This document shows, piece by piece, positions 8,068-17,921 of a stretch of DNA of 55,242 bases. This DNA comes from a virus. The stretch is taken from IMG/VR virus record IMGVR_UViG_3300047160_036265; one strand, written 5' to 3'. Position numbers and translations under genes: made by a program. Numbering within the stretch: position 1 is the stretch's first letter; the number at the start of each line of letters is the position of its first letter. Under the pieces are notes generated by a model that was not told the DNA's origin, did not search any database, and was given only the letters and a program-made list of their open reading frames with translations.

Positions 8068-8809
8068 CGAAGCGTTCTCCGTACTCCTTCCATGCTTTCT
8101 CCTCCTGCGGAGACAGCTTGAATCCCAACTCCTTGACGACGCACTCGCGCAGGGCCTCGAAGCCCAGCTTGCACTTGGAAAAGGTCTTCACCCGTATGGG
8201 CAAAAAGTCGAGAAGGTACTGGTAATAGCGATGGTCCTTGAGGCGAATATATTTCGCCATCTCCCCTAGCGTTTTGAAATGGGGCAGTTCAATCGGCCTG
8301 GTGCTGAAACCCGGATCGAGGGCATATTTCACCCGCCCGGCCTTGTGGAAATCCAGAAAACGCTTGCAGTCGTTGTCAATATCATCGGGGGTCTTGAACG
8401 CCTTGGTCCCCAGCTTCTTGCCCGCCCCCAGCGTGGTTGCCGATCCGGTAATGCTGGTGGCCTCAAGCTCGTTGACGAGGCAAACACCCGACATCTGGCC
8501 CATGCGGTGGTAGTCATTCATGTCCAGAATCCAGTTCTGCTGCAAGTCTACCACCACGAGGCCGTATTCGACGGGTCGCAGGCCAGCGTAAGGACAATAG
8601 CACCAGGCCATCGGAGACTTCTGCTTGCGGCCCTTCTTGTAGTCCTCCAGCATCTCGTACCAGCCACGCACAACGTCGTGGACGTGGATGGGGTCTTTAA
8701 GGGCGATGCCAATATGATCGACCGCCCAGGGCATCATATTGGTCCACCGGCACATGCGATGTTCCTTACCGTTCTCCTCCCTGAGTGTGAAACCGATAGC
8801 ACCGCCCAT
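8060..8809 (-). CDS. hypothetical protein (about 249 aa)
   Basis: Internal ATG (MGGAIGF...) with GAAGGGAG Shine-Dalgarno. The track start is GTG inside the upstream gene. Confidence 0.5.
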   Translation of the reverse strand: MGGAIGFTLREENGKEHRMCRWTNMMPWAVDHIGIALKDPIHVHDVVRGWYEMLEDYKKGRKQKSPMAWCYCPYAGLRPVEYGLVVVDLQQNWILDMNDYHRMGQMSGVCLVNELEATSITGSATTLGAGKKLGTKAFKTPDDIDNDCKRFLDFHKAGRVKYALDPGFSTRPIELPHFKTLGEMAKYIRLKDHRYYQYLLDFLPIRVKTFSKCKLGFEALRECVVKELGFKLSPQEEKAWKEYGERFDD

Positions 8810-8820
8810 TGTGTCTCCCT

Positions 8821-9492
8821 TCAGATCGTCTCGCCTGGTCGTGGGTCCGTCCAGGGCTTGCACTCATACCAATCGCCGGGCGGCAACGAGCGGGTGCCCA
8901 GCGGATATTTCTCCATGATCTGACACTGATATTTGTTGGGCTTCCAGTCGGATTCGACTTTTTGAATGCCGAACAGCGACTCGGCCTCAAAGGCATAGCC
9001 TCGGTGAAGCGTGCCGGCGTCGATGCGGTTGTTGAAATAATCCCTGGCCTGGCTCCCGGTGCAGACCACGCCACCGAATTGCATGATGGGGTCTTTCTTG
9101 ATTTGCTCCAGCCAGTCTTCAGGGACCATGATGCAGGCGAAGCGGCCCTCAATGCCCCGGCCCGGCTCATGACGACCCTCTCCACAAAATCCGATGGTGC
9201 CGCTGGGGGTGGGGCCGATGGTGGACGGGATGACGCGATTGCCGACCAGATACCAGATCAACTTGCCCAGGTCGGTGACACGCTGGCCCAGGAATTTGGA
9301 GCGGCGCATCAAATCGACATAATGCGTGAAGGTGTTGCCGATGACGATGCACTTCTCACGAAAGTTCGCCATCTGGGGAGTAGTTTCGGTCGCCGGCATG
9401 TCCTCGACGGCAAGCGGCTGGCCGAAGATTTGGCCGAAGATGGTGCCTGCGGTGGACACCTTGGGCTGACGTGGCAGGTCTTTCGGGAACAT
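8821..9492 (-). CDS. hypothetical protein (223 aa; start uncertain)
   Basis: Protein-like ORF. No clear Shine-Dalgarno at 9492; alternative ATGs at 9399 and 9372. Confidence 0.45.
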   Translation of the reverse strand: MFPKDLPRQPKVSTAGTIFGQIFGQPLAVEDMPATETTPQMANFREKCIVIGNTFTHYVDLMRRSKFLGQRVTDLGKLIWYLVGNRVIPSTIGPTPSGTIGFCGEGRHEPGRGIEGRFACIMVPEDWLEQIKKDPIMQFGGVVCTGSQARDYFNNRIDAGTLHRGYAFEAESLFGIQKVESDWKPNKYQCQIMEKYPLGTRSLPPGDWYECKPWTDPRPGETI

Positions 9493-9557
9493 GGTTTTTA
9501 TTCCGCAAATGGAGAAAGAGCCGGGGGCCGAAAGAACCCCCGGCTCTGTGGTGCGGT

Positions 9558-11597
9558 TTACTGCCGGTCTTCGACGTTATCGCCCTCGACCCAACTGACG
9601 CTGAGGGCCTTGAGGGCTTCGGTCAGGGCGTCCTCGGCGGCTTTGACGGCCTTGGTGAGCGCCGGAACCTTCTCGCGTTCCTGCTTCTTCAACTCCGTCT
9701 CGTTCGCCGCCAACTCCTGCCGCCAGGTATCGACCTGAGTGCCGCTGCCACCGGACTTGGACACCAGTTCCAGCTTGCGGGCCTGCTCCCGGCTGAGAAC
9801 CTGGACTTCCTGCTGCCCCTCCTGCAACTCCTCCTGGGTCTTGAGCAGCTTCTCGTACAGGTCGATCACGGCGATGATCTTCTTGGACTTGAGCAGCTTC
9901 TCCGGCGGGTTATCGACCTCGATGACGGTGCGCAGGAACCACTGGAAGTTGTTGACCGTGTTGTGGTAGAGAACCACGGTCTGGCTGACGGGCTGGGTTT
10001 CCCGGACGCGAACCTCCAACTGGCCCGCCCCACCAGCGCCCTTGGCCGGCAGCTTGCAGGGGATACGCAGGCCGTTGTCCAGGGCCGTGGTGTTGCCGGT
10101 GTTGCCACGAACCTCGAAGGTGGTGCGGGCATCACCGATGACCCGGTTATGCTCGATCTCCAGGTTGAAACCTTCGGGCTTGTTGTTGACGAAGCGATAC
10201 ACCTTCTCGTGGGTGTTCACGTTGTCGATCACCACCGTGCCCTTGGTGATCTCGATGCGGGCGCGACGGCTCGCCGTGGTGCCGGCGTTGGAGCCGGGCG
10301 GGTTGATGAACACCGTCACGCCGTTCTCCGTGGCGTGCGGCAGCACGCGATCCTGGCCGGGCTTCGTGGCCTCCAGCACCACCTGCCCCTGGTAGCAGTC
10401 GTCCAGGTACACCGTGCAACTGCCTTTGCCCAGGGAATACTCGGTGGTGTTGGTGAACTTCACCGCACGGAACGGACGCTTCGGGTTGTCCGGCTCCTTA
10501 TAGAGCAGCAGCGCCTCCCCCTTGGCCTTGGACTGGAACAGGGGCAGGACCGCCGAACGCTTGCGCCCGATATTGACGGGGTTCTTGCTGGTGTAGATGG
10601 CGAAGTCCCCCACATCCGTCGCCGTGGCCCCGGCCTGGGCCGCACGGGGCTGGGCGGGAGCCGGAGCGGCAGCCGGCATGACACCACCAGCGAACTGACG
10701 CTTGGCGACCGCCCCACGGCCACGCAGGGCTTCCGGCGCACCACCGGAATCATCCAAGGACGCGACCGCCGCCTCGGCGTTCCACTGCGGGATGTCTTCC
10801 TGCGCACCGACAGCGCCGGTAGCGGTATCGCTGATGATATTGACCCGCTGACGCCGGGGCTTGCGCACGTCGGCCAGGTCCGTCTCGAAGGTGTTGGGAT
10901 CGCCGGTGGCCACCGACACGATGTAGTCGTTCAGGTCTTCGTCGGTCGGGTTGTCCACCTTGGCGCTGCACTCGATCTCGCACTCGCCCTTCTTGAGCCG
11001 CAACTGGTAGACCGGCTGCCAGGCCGAGAACGGGATTGTCAACTGGTAGATGACTTCGCCCTCGGCCTTGCCCTCCGGGGCGATGCCGATGCTGACGTTG
11101 GTGCTTTCCGGGTTGATGGCCGAGAAGTTGCGCTCCAGCGCCTTCTTGATCTCCTGCTGCACCGTGGCGTCGAGGAACTTGATGCTCACTTCGTCATTGA
11201 AGGAACGGTAGGCGTTGGCCTCGTCGTAGATGGCCACACGGAACCGCTCCACCACGGCATCGCCAACCCGTTCCTCGTAGGGCTGGATGCCCAGCAGGTT
11301 GCCCTTGGTGGTGGGGCCATCACGCTCGATGATCTCAACCTTGGACCCGCTCAGCTTCGTCGCCAGGTCTTGGGTGACGTTGCGGGGGTCGATGGTCAGC
11401 ACCTTGTCGGCGTCGGTGACGGGGTAGGAGGCCGGCTCGGTGATCTGGACGTTGCCGAAAAAGGCGAGGGTGGCGAGGGCGTCGGCCAGGCTGGTGCGCT
11501 TGACCGGAATCTGCACGGTGGTCTTCTCCTTCACCGGCGGCAGGTGCCGGGTGAAGTGGGCCATGCCGTTGGAGAAAATCGTCAGGTAATTGCTCAT
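9558..11597 (-). CDS. large protein (about 680 aa) with C-terminal coiled coil; possibly DUF4139/TIGR02231-like
   Basis: ATG (MSNYLT...) with GGAG Shine-Dalgarno. The N-terminal pattern LTIFSNGMAHFTR resembles the DUF4140/4139 family. Family assignment is weak. Confidence 0.5.
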   Translation of the reverse strand: MSNYLTIFSNGMAHFTRHLPPVKEKTTVQIPVKRTSLADALATLAFFGNVQITEPASYPVTDADKVLTIDPRNVTQDLATKLSGSKVEIIERDGPTTKGNLLGIQPYEERVGDAVVERFRVAIYDEANAYRSFNDEVSIKFLDATVQQEIKKALERNFSAINPESTNVSIGIAPEGKAEGEVIYQLTIPFSAWQPVYQLRLKKGECEIECSAKVDNPTDEDLNDYIVSVATGDPNTFETDLADVRKPRRQRVNIISDTATGAVGAQEDIPQWNAEAAVASLDDSGGAPEALRGRGAVAKRQFAGGVMPAAAPAPAQPRAAQAGATATDVGDFAIYTSKNPVNIGRKRSAVLPLFQSKAKGEALLLYKEPDNPKRPFRAVKFTNTTEYSLGKGSCTVYLDDCYQGQVVLEATKPGQDRVLPHATENGVTVFINPPGSNAGTTASRRARIEITKGTVVIDNVNTHEKVYRFVNNKPEGFNLEIEHNRVIGDARTTFEVRGNTGNTTALDNGLRIPCKLPAKGAGGAGQLEVRVRETQPVSQTVVLYHNTVNNFQWFLRTVIEVDNPPEKLLKSKKIIAVIDLYEKLLKTQEELQEGQQEVQVLSREQARKLELVSKSGGSGTQVDTWRQELAANETELKKQEREKVPALTKAVKAAEDALTEALKALSVSWVEGDNVEDRQ

Positions 11598-11622
11598 TCT
11601 CTTTTCACTCCATGCGAGGGGG

Positions 11623-12231
11623 TTAGAAACTTCCATCATGCAGGACTACGGCCTGGGGAGTATGAATGTCCAACTCATCCAGGTCGTACCGCTTCTCTTC
11701 TCCGCTCATGATGCCCTGCTTCTCCAGAGCGGCGTCCACCAGCGTGCGTGCCTCCTTCCTGTTATTGGCCACGACGACGGCAGACACGCCTACCGGCCAG
11801 CGACCAGTGAAATTGGTGACAGTGAAGACTTTCAAAGGTTCTCGCTTGTAGTTGGGTGGGAATAGCTCCAAGCCGTCGTGCAAGGGTTTGCCAATCGGGT
11901 GGAAGCTATACCAGTAACGCTTCTGTTTGTTAGGAACCAAAACTTCAACATGCACCATATCCAAGATGATGATGTTGAAGCGGCTGTTTTCGTCGTCAAA
12001 CCGGACTTGCAACTCGCCGGTCGTCCCACGAGTGATGATATTGTTGTTGAACCACACGTCAACCTGCAATTCGCCGGTGGCCCGAACGCCATCATCATAA
12101 ACCTGGCCGTCCGCTTGTTCGGCCCATTCGTCATCTTCTTCGGTGAGGACTTCGAGGGAAACCTTCGTTTCGATGACCCGATGCTTCCCTACGGTCAACC
12201 CGCCTTTCTCGAACGTGTAAAAATCCCTCAC
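11623..12231 (-). CDS. hypothetical protein (202 aa), GTG start
   Basis: GTG with AAGGA Shine-Dalgarno, directly downstream of promoter P3. Confidence 0.5.
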   Translation of the reverse strand: MRDFYTFEKGGLTVGKHRVIETKVSLEVLTEEDDEWAEQADGQVYDDGVRATGELQVDVWFNNNIITRGTTGELQVRFDDENSRFNIIILDMVHVEVLVPNKQKRYWYSFHPIGKPLHDGLELFPPNYKREPLKVFTVTNFTGRWPVGVSAVVVANNRKEARTLVDAALEKQGIMSGEEKRYDLDELDIHTPQAVVLHDGSF

Positions 12232-12261
12232 GGCAGTGTCCTTGTTGGTTCGGTTACTGCC

Positions 12262-12290
12262 ATTCTACTGGCGGGTTTTGGGATTGTAAA
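12262..12290 (-). promoter_or_regulatory. promoter P3
   Basis: TTTACAATC + 17 nt + TAGAAT. Confidence 0.6.
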
Positions 12291-12291
12291 C

Positions 12292-12702
12292 TCAGATTAC
12301 CCGCTTGTCAACGATCAACGCGACGTGGGTGCGCTTGCTCCAGAGGAAGCTCTGGTACAGATAGACACGATCCCGCTCCGGCTCCTGGCAGGCCACGATG
12401 TCACCGTGGTAACTGCGGGGGTCGATCCGCACCAGCCGCACCGGACCCTCCGGGTACATGAGTACAGCCAGCCGCCACAGGCCGGTCTTGCTCTTGTCGT
12501 AGCCCAGGACCGTGCCCTTCTTGCAGCGGTTGCGGATCACCAGGCCGACCACGTTGCCCGGACGGAAGATGCGCAAGACCTTCTCGACCTCGCATAACTC
12601 GCTGAAGCGGCTGGTGTTGCAGTTGACCAGGGTATCGTCCACGTCGCGCTCAAGCTCCCGGCGGGCCTGCTTGTGGGACAGGAATTGGGTAAGCGTCTGC
12701 AT
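12292..12702 (-). CDS. hypothetical protein (136 aa) with DVDDT motif (possible HAD-like)
   Basis: Internal ATG (MQTLTQF...) with AGGAGGA Shine-Dalgarno. The DxDxT motif is suggestive only. Confidence 0.45.
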   Translation of the reverse strand: MQTLTQFLSHKQARRELERDVDDTLVNCNTSRFSELCEVEKVLRIFRPGNVVGLVIRNRCKKGTVLGYDKSKTGLWRLAVLMYPEGPVRLVRIDPRSYHGDIVACQEPERDRVYLYQSFLWSKRTHVALIVDKRVI

Positions 12703-12907
12703 TCTCGTGTTCCTCCTACCCTTATAAGGGACTGAAATGCCCCGTTCGGTGCAAGAAAAACGATTTTCGGGCAAGTTTTTGGACACCCCTGCTAATGACG
12801 AAACGCCGCAGAGGCCCGTTACATGACATTGCACTGAAGATGATTTTCCTGACCGAATTTTTTCTTCCACATAATAGTACGGTCGAGAAGGCCCGTATTT
12901 CCTCCCT

Positions 12908-13189
12908 TCATTTCGTCGGATTTCCGTCATCGTCTCGGTAGGTATCCCAGGGCGGCGGCTCGCCACGCTGCCACCACTTGTCCTTGTCGTTCTCCGGCTT
13001 GTCCGGGATTTTCGGAACGACGATTTTTACAAAAATGACCATCACCAGGAAACAGAGGCCAAAACCCAGCCCAAAAGCCAGAAGCAGGTGAGATGCGTCT
13101 GCTGGTGTGCCGGCGGCGGAAAGTAGGCAGCCCAGGATAGCGCCAAGTATAAACCCGATCCAAGCCTTAAATACGACATGAGTTTCCAT
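12908..13189 (-). CDS. membrane protein (93 aa, 2 TM)
   Basis: Hydrophobic segments. Confidence 0.5.
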   Translation of the reverse strand: METHVVFKAWIGFILGAILGCLLSAAGTPADASHLLLAFGLGFGLCFLVMVIFVKIVVPKIPDKPENDKDKWWQRGEPPPWDTYRDDDGNPTK

Positions 13190-13200
13190 ACTGTAGATAG

Positions 13201-13233
13201 TAAAACCCCGGCAAGTTGCGCACCTTGCCGGGG
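13201..13233 (-). terminator. candidate intrinsic terminator or 5'-UTR hairpin
   Basis: 10-bp perfect GC stem CCCCGGCAAG/CTTGCCGGGG followed by TTTTA on the minus strand. It ends only about 12 nt before the ATG at 13189. Confidence 0.4.
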
Positions 13234-13385
13234 TTCGGACATCGGCTTACGTCGGCAGTCCACGTTGGGACTTCAAAGCCTCACTCGGTCAACAGACCTT
13301 GCAATAGGGGTTGTTCCCGAAGGCCGTCACCACCTATAGCTCCATCCCGCCGCTTCACTCCGCTTTCTTGGGCCGGTGTCCCATC

Positions 13386-13676
13386 CTACTCATCGTCTTC
13401 AAGGGACCAGTTGTTTTCCTGGGCTACCTTCTTCCAAACCTCGTCCAGCTTTAATTTCAAAAGCCCGCACTCGCAGTTGGCCTCGATGAAAGGGAATTCC
13501 TTGCCCTGGTTCTTCCCCCACATCCAGCCAAAGGCGATGAGCAGAAACTCCCGGCCATGTTGCGGGGAATATTTGTACTCCTCGCATATTTTCCGGGCGA
13601 TGGCGTCGAAACCCTGCTCCGGCCAGTCCAGGTACTCTGCGTAAGCCGTCAAGAACTCAAGGAGTAGCTGGCTCAT
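13386..13676 (-). CDS. hypothetical protein (97 aa)
   Basis: Internal ATG (MSQLLLEF...) 1 nt after the upstream stop. The track's N-terminal extension is Arg/Pro-rich other-frame sequence. Confidence 0.5.
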   Translation of the reverse strand: MSQLLLEFLTAYAEYLDWPEQGFDAIARKICEEYKYSPQHGREFLLIAFGWMWGKNQGKEFPFIEANCECGLLKLKLDEVWKKVAQENNWSLEDDE

Positions 13677-13677
13677 T

Positions 13678-14262
13678 TCACACCCGGTCAGCGACGGTGA
13701 TCCAGTCCCGCCCGTAGGCGACGATCTCCTTGGCCTGGTCGATGGCCTTGGCCAGCGCCTTGGCCAGCGTGTAGCCGTTCTCCGGCTTGAACTCGTTATT
13801 GCCGCCCGCCAGGTTATGGACAAAGCGGTAGGCCGACAGGGGCGGCTCCGGGCCGGCGCTGGCGAGGACGGCGACCACGATATAGTCATAGTCCTTGCAG
13901 CGTTCCACTTCCTGGGGCGTGCAGTCGGGGTCGGCGGCGTAAGCCTTCTGAGTATAGACCACCACCTGCAACCGCTCGGTCTTGGCGGCGTGCTGGCGGT
14001 CAGCGAACAAGCTCGGCCCCTCTCGGTATTCCACGATATGGTAGCCCTCGAAGGGGACATCCCGCCGGTGGGCCACGCCGCAGCTTGCCGTGTGGGTGCC
14101 TTCCGGCACGTTGATCTTCGCCTGGCCGCTGGGCGGGAATGGGAAGGCGGCGATGGCCTGGGCGAGATGGTGCAGGAAGGCACCATGCTGGTCGGTGAAG
14201 ATTCTCGAACCCACCGCCTTGTCCTGCGCCGCCGTGCAGATGTTGGAAAAACCGATGTTCAT
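13678..14262 (-). CDS. hypothetical protein (194 aa)
   Basis: ATG with GAGGGGAGGA Shine-Dalgarno. Confidence 0.55.
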   Translation of the reverse strand: MNIGFSNICTAAQDKAVGSRIFTDQHGAFLHHLAQAIAAFPFPPSGQAKINVPEGTHTASCGVAHRRDVPFEGYHIVEYREGPSLFADRQHAAKTERLQVVVYTQKAYAADPDCTPQEVERCKDYDYIVVAVLASAGPEPPLSAYRFVHNLAGGNNEFKPENGYTLAKALAKAIDQAKEIVAYGRDWITVADRV

Positions 14263-14405
14263 TCGTCGTCCTCCCCTCGGTACGGTCGGTAGTCTTCCGG
14301 TTGCTCGAACGCTGGAGTCGTCATTGCGCCGAATTTGGCATGTTCCTGGGAGGCTTTATTGGCGTCTTCCGCCGTTTGATAAGGCCCCATGTCGATCTCT
14401 TCCAT
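14259..14405 (-). CDS. possible small ORF (48 aa)
   Basis: Below the track's length cutoff. Its stop overlaps the downstream ATG (ATGA coupling). No clear Shine-Dalgarno. Confidence 0.25.
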   Translation of the reverse strand: MEEIDMGPYQTAEDANKASQEHAKFGAMTTPAFEQPEDYRPYRGEDDE

Positions 14406-14453
14406 GTCCGCCCGTAAATATTTGTACCACCAGGCCACGGCTCCCTCCTTCGC

Positions 14454-14978
14454 TTAGGTGTCGGTAGCCCTCCGTCCTTGATCGCCCAGATGCTCAGGCT
14501 GACGCGAGGGCCACTGGTTCAGGACACTGGCAACGGCGTGCGTCACTCCCAACTGGCGGTCGGTGAACTTGGGGGCGCTATTCACCAACTCAGAGGTAAT
14601 CCACACGTTGTTGGTCCCATCGTATTTGTAATAGTCGCTGTCTTCGGCGTCCGGGTCGCCCTCATGGGAGGACTCCGGGTAGGTGTCCTCATAATTACGC
14701 AGGGTCATTACCACGACGCCACGAGGGAAGGGCGTAAACTCCACCGTGTAGGTCTTTTTGCCGACCAACCCAAACGGCAAGAAGGAACAGTCAAGGCCCT
14801 CCTCTTTATACCTGCCGGTGCGGACGGCCTCGATGTTTTTGTCCCATTGATCCACCGTCAGGCGCTCGACGGCACCCCGGATTATGTGGATCAGGTGATC
14901 GGCGTCACAGCCCAACCGGCGAATGAAATTCTTGGTGAACAGGACTTTGTACGCCACTTCTGCAATCTTCTGGGCCAT
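14454..14978 (-). CDS. hypothetical protein (174 aa)
   Basis: ATG 3 nt after the upstream stop. Confidence 0.5.
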   Translation of the reverse strand: MAQKIAEVAYKVLFTKNFIRRLGCDADHLIHIIRGAVERLTVDQWDKNIEAVRTGRYKEEGLDCSFLPFGLVGKKTYTVEFTPFPRGVVVMTLRNYEDTYPESSHEGDPDAEDSDYYKYDGTNNVWITSELVNSAPKFTDRQLGVTHAVASVLNQWPSRQPEHLGDQGRRATDT

Positions 14979-14981
14979 AGC

Positions 14982-15509
14982 TCACCCCAAGAGTTCACCT
15001 TCGATGTTGTTCACGTCTTGAAGACGTGCCCAAAAACGCCGCACCACCGCTTTGCCTCCTGCCGGTTTCCGCAAGTCATCGCACTTTTCGATTTTGAACG
15101 TCAGCGAGTCGAATGCCTCGGCCCCCTGGCGGATGTAGTAGCGGTCGAAGGCCAGGACCGTGCCTGGCGGGAGTGAGGCGTCGATATATGGCAATGGTAT
15201 CTGCGTCAGGAAGGATTTGTAAACCTCAGTTGCCGGCTCCTGGGGTTTTTCTGACCGCCGAATGGTAAAGCCGGCGTCCTTGAAGCGGGCAAACAGCACC
15301 GACCAGTCTTCGCGCTGCTTGGTGTGCCAGATCGGCTCGGCCCCCACCCCGGTCCACGGCTTGAACTTCCCCGCTGGCACGACGATCTTCTTGCTGCCAT
15401 CCAGCAGGGCGGCGAGCAGGGTGGCGTTACGGTCCTCGAAGTAGAGGCGGAAGCCCCACTCTTCGCTCAGACGAATCAGCGCCCCCAGGGGCGGAATGCA
15501 GAGTTTCAA
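14982..15509 (-). CDS. hypothetical protein (175 aa), TTG start
   Basis: TTG with GGAGGT Shine-Dalgarno and a TTGA overlap with the upstream stop. Confidence 0.45.
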   Translation of the reverse strand: MKLCIPPLGALIRLSEEWGFRLYFEDRNATLLAALLDGSKKIVVPAGKFKPWTGVGAEPIWHTKQREDWSVLFARFKDAGFTIRRSEKPQEPATEVYKSFLTQIPLPYIDASLPPGTVLAFDRYYIRQGAEAFDSLTFKIEKCDDLRKPAGGKAVVRRFWARLQDVNNIEGELLG

Positions 15510-15973
15510 ATTCCCAAACCTCCACTCAGGCCCATTTGACGTTCAAGTTCATGGGGGCATACACCCGACGCACCCCTTCCAAGATTGCAGTTGGAACAAA
15601 GCACCTGAACCCCAACGTCGGGCCAGTTATTCTTCCTCAACCAGAGATAGAACGCATAACCAGCCTTGCATTTTAATTGCCTTCGGTGCTTCGCTCCATC
15701 TTGGTTAATATGGTCCAAAGTTAAAAACTCCAGCCGTGGCTCCCCGCAGCACCGGCAGTTTATGCCGTAGTGGTCCATTACCTCCCGTTTGATTTTCCAA
15801 TAAGCCGCCGAGTTTCTTTGCTTTTCAACCTGCTTGTTCTCTTGGTATCTTTTGCCCCTTCGGCCTATCAGACAGACCTTACAATACTGACACTTGCCAT
15901 CGTGTCGGGTCTTATCGGCGTGAAAAGCCTCCGGTTTCTTCCAGCCACATCCAGGCGTTGCGCATTTCTTCAT
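15506..15973 (-). CDS. HNH endonuclease
   Basis: CxxC...CxxC pairs and LDHINQDG...H (HNH motif). Confidence 0.7.
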   Translation of the reverse strand: MKKCATPGCGWKKPEAFHADKTRHDGKCQYCKVCLIGRRGKRYQENKQVEKQRNSAAYWKIKREVMDHYGINCRCCGEPRLEFLTLDHINQDGAKHRRQLKCKAGYAFYLWLRKNNWPDVGVQVLCSNCNLGRGASGVCPHELERQMGLSGGLGI

Positions 15974-16008
15974 GCGCTATGTATGGCATTGGGAACATTA
16001 TTTCCGTA

Positions 16009-16671
16009 TCATTCCCCATATTGTTCCCATTCTTGGCCCCAGCGCTTTTTCAATTCTGCGATGTAGGCGTCGGTTTTTATTTTCCGCATCCACAGCTTGT
16101 GGCCGGTGCCGCCCTTGCACACCACGCCCTCGAACACCGGGTAGCGGCCTTCGCGCACATCACGAATAAACTTCTCGGTGAGCGTCCCTTCATAAATAAC
16201 CGACGAAACGGGCAGGTGTCCGAAAGATTTCAGAAATTCCCAGGCATCCACCAGGCCCTTGCGGTGCAGGTTGACATCAATAAGCACCACGTCCTTCGGG
16301 TCATTATGCTCGGCCTGGATGACCATGTGCTTGGGATCATGCTGACCGCTGAAGGAGTTGGGGCCGAAGAATTCACAATAGGCGATGCCGTCCGTGATCT
16401 TAGGGTACTTGTCCCGGAGGACTTTCGCAACCTGTTCCCCATATTTTTCTTGGAAGAGGCCCACGGCGCAGCCATATTCCGGGTCAGCGGCGTCAAAGGT
16501 ACGGCGGCGGGTGCCGCAGAGCCACCAGCCCTTCTTCTTATTCCACTCGAAGCGCAGGTTGGACCCGTCGTATTTGTAAAAAGCAATACAGGGCTGCCCC
16601 AGGGGCGGCTTGACCCTCGCTCCGTCGATACTCCAGTATTCCTTCATGTGCAACCACCACTCGGCCTTCAC
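16009..16671 (-). CDS. Rnl2-family RNA ligase-like nucleotidyltransferase (220 aa)
   Basis: Motif I KYDGSN (KxDG), motif III CEFFG, motif IV EGVVCKG, motif V KIK. ATGA-coupled to the upstream small ORF. Confidence 0.65.
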   Translation of the reverse strand: MKAEWWLHMKEYWSIDGARVKPPLGQPCIAFYKYDGSNLRFEWNKKKGWWLCGTRRRTFDAADPEYGCAVGLFQEKYGEQVAKVLRDKYPKITDGIAYCEFFGPNSFSGQHDPKHMVIQAEHNDPKDVVLIDVNLHRKGLVDAWEFLKSFGHLPVSSVIYEGTLTEKFIRDVREGRYPVFEGVVCKGGTGHKLWMRKIKTDAYIAELKKRWGQEWEQYGE

Positions 16672-16841
16672 TTCGGCACCTTAGTTATCATCACGTCGTT
16701 CGTGACGTGGCCCAGCTTTTCCGTGGTCAGGGTAGTCTCTGGCACCAGGGCCTTTACTGCCTCCAGAGCCTTCTCCCAGGTGTCGAACTTCTCCACCGTG
16801 TATTCCCTTGGCCCGGTCCTTCTCCAAACGACGTAAAGCAT
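16668..16841 (-). CDS. small protein (57 aa)
   Basis: ATG with GAGGA Shine-Dalgarno. Completely overlaps the ORF at 16681-17034, so one of the two is spurious. Confidence 0.35.
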   Translation of the reverse strand: MLYVVWRRTGPREYTVEKFDTWEKALEAVKALVPETTLTTEKLGHVTNDVMITKVPK

Positions 16842-17034
16842 TCTTCTCGTCCTCACGCTTCTGAATCTTATTGGAGAGGATCACCATATGCGTAATGCCG
16901 CCCCCAAAACCGATGACGGTGAATATGACGGTGAACCACGGTATTGTTCCCAACCAATGGTCGATTAAAACGCCCAAGATGATCGGGGCGACCATCTCCA
17001 GGCCGCACTGAGAGAGGGCCAAATACATGCCCAT
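16681..17034 (-). CDS. small 2-TM membrane protein, AtpZ/AtpI-like (PF09527-like)
   Basis: LALSQCGLEM...LIDHWLGTIPWFTVIFTVIGF pattern. ATG with GAAGGG Shine-Dalgarno. The Gly/Arg-rich C-terminal tail is probably read-through. Confidence 0.35.
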   Translation of the reverse strand: MGMYLALSQCGLEMVAPIILGVLIDHWLGTIPWFTVIFTVIGFGGGITHMVILSNKIQKREDEKNALRRLEKDRAKGIHGGEVRHLGEGSGGSKGPGARDYPDHGKAGPRHERRDDN

Positions 17035-17044
17035 CCCCTTCGGA

Positions 17045-17410
17045 TCATCGTCTGAGGTAATCTTCATATCGCTCGCACGCCTTGCGGCCCTCCTCGGTGA
17101 TCGACCAGCCGGTGTCCTGCCGTACCACCCAGCCGTAGCGCTCCATGTGGCTCATGTAATATCGCTTGAGCTTGGGGTAGCCGCAATCCATCGTGTCAAA
17201 ACCCTGTGGATTCAACCGGGTGACAAGTTCCGGCACCTTGAACCGCCAGAATATGCGTTCCTGGTTGCTGTACTTCCTCACCCCAGGATCAGGATGATGC
17301 GACATATCGCACCACTTGCCGATAATAAGCTCCCGGCCCTCTGCGAGCCACTTGAGGGTCTGGTTCTGCCAGCAAGTGGGGATGCGAGGCTTACTTTTTC
17401 TTTTTGCCAT
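17045..17410 (-). CDS. putative winged-helix protein (121 aa)
   Basis: Internal ATG (MAKRKSKP...) with AAGGAG Shine-Dalgarno. The GWVVRQDTGWSITEEGR region suggests a winged helix. Confidence 0.45.
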   Translation of the reverse strand: MAKRKSKPRIPTCWQNQTLKWLAEGRELIIGKWCDMSHHPDPGVRKYSNQERIFWRFKVPELVTRLNPQGFDTMDCGYPKLKRYYMSHMERYGWVVRQDTGWSITEEGRKACERYEDYLRR

Positions 17411-17921
17411 CGGCCCACTGCTCCTTGAGGAAAGTGGCAACTACTTCCCTCGCACGACTGGAAGTGCCAAAATACAAATCGTGGCCGCACTCCAGTTTGT
17501 CCCAGGGATGGGGTTCCTTGCACAACTTCTCGTAGAAGCCCACGCCCAGCCAGTACAGATATTCCGGCGGGTGGAACTCCATAATGGAGCAACCGTGTTC
17601 CCACGTCCAGAGGGTCACGCAGCGGCCCATGTGGTCTTCGAGGCCGTCGTAGTCCCAATCCTCCGGGTCGGTCCCTTCGGGGCACGGCGGCTTGAAGTGC
17701 ATCCAGTTGTCCCACTCCTGGCGGCTGTTTATATCGCCGGTGTGCTGGACTTTGGCCAGCGGGTAGCCGTCCGAGTCAATGGGATAGGCTTCCAAGCATT
17801 CCCAGCAGTGGTGGAGACGGGCCGCACGAGAGCGTTCGTCCGGCGGCGGCGTGTATTGCCAATAGCAGATAACGCCGTGGGGAATCCGTTCGTCCACTTT
17901 GATGCGGCCCGCCTTGCTCAT
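17391..17921 (-). CDS. hypothetical Cys/His/Trp-rich protein (176 aa)
   Basis: ATGA-coupled to the upstream gene. Confidence 0.5.
   Translation of the reverse strand: MSKAGRIKVDERIPHGVICYWQYTPPPDERSRAARLHHCWECLEAYPIDSDGYPLAKVQHTGDINSRQEWDNWMHFKPPCPEGTDPEDWDYDGLEDHMGRCVTLWTWEHGCSIMEFHPPEYLYWLGVGFYEKLCKEPHPWDKLECGHDLYFGTSSRAREVVATFLKEQWADGKKKK

Noticed and set aside
9471-11711. Very long plus-strand ORFs (9471-11711, 22526-23935, 28676-30454, 31561-33294, 47489-49363 and similar)
   Set aside because: They are antisense to minus-strand genes with clear domain signatures (Mpa/ARC, PARP, ClpX, histidine kinase). They have low-complexity Gly/Arg/Ala/Leu-rich translations typical of spurious open frames in high-GC DNA. 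They carry no Shine-Dalgarno motifs.
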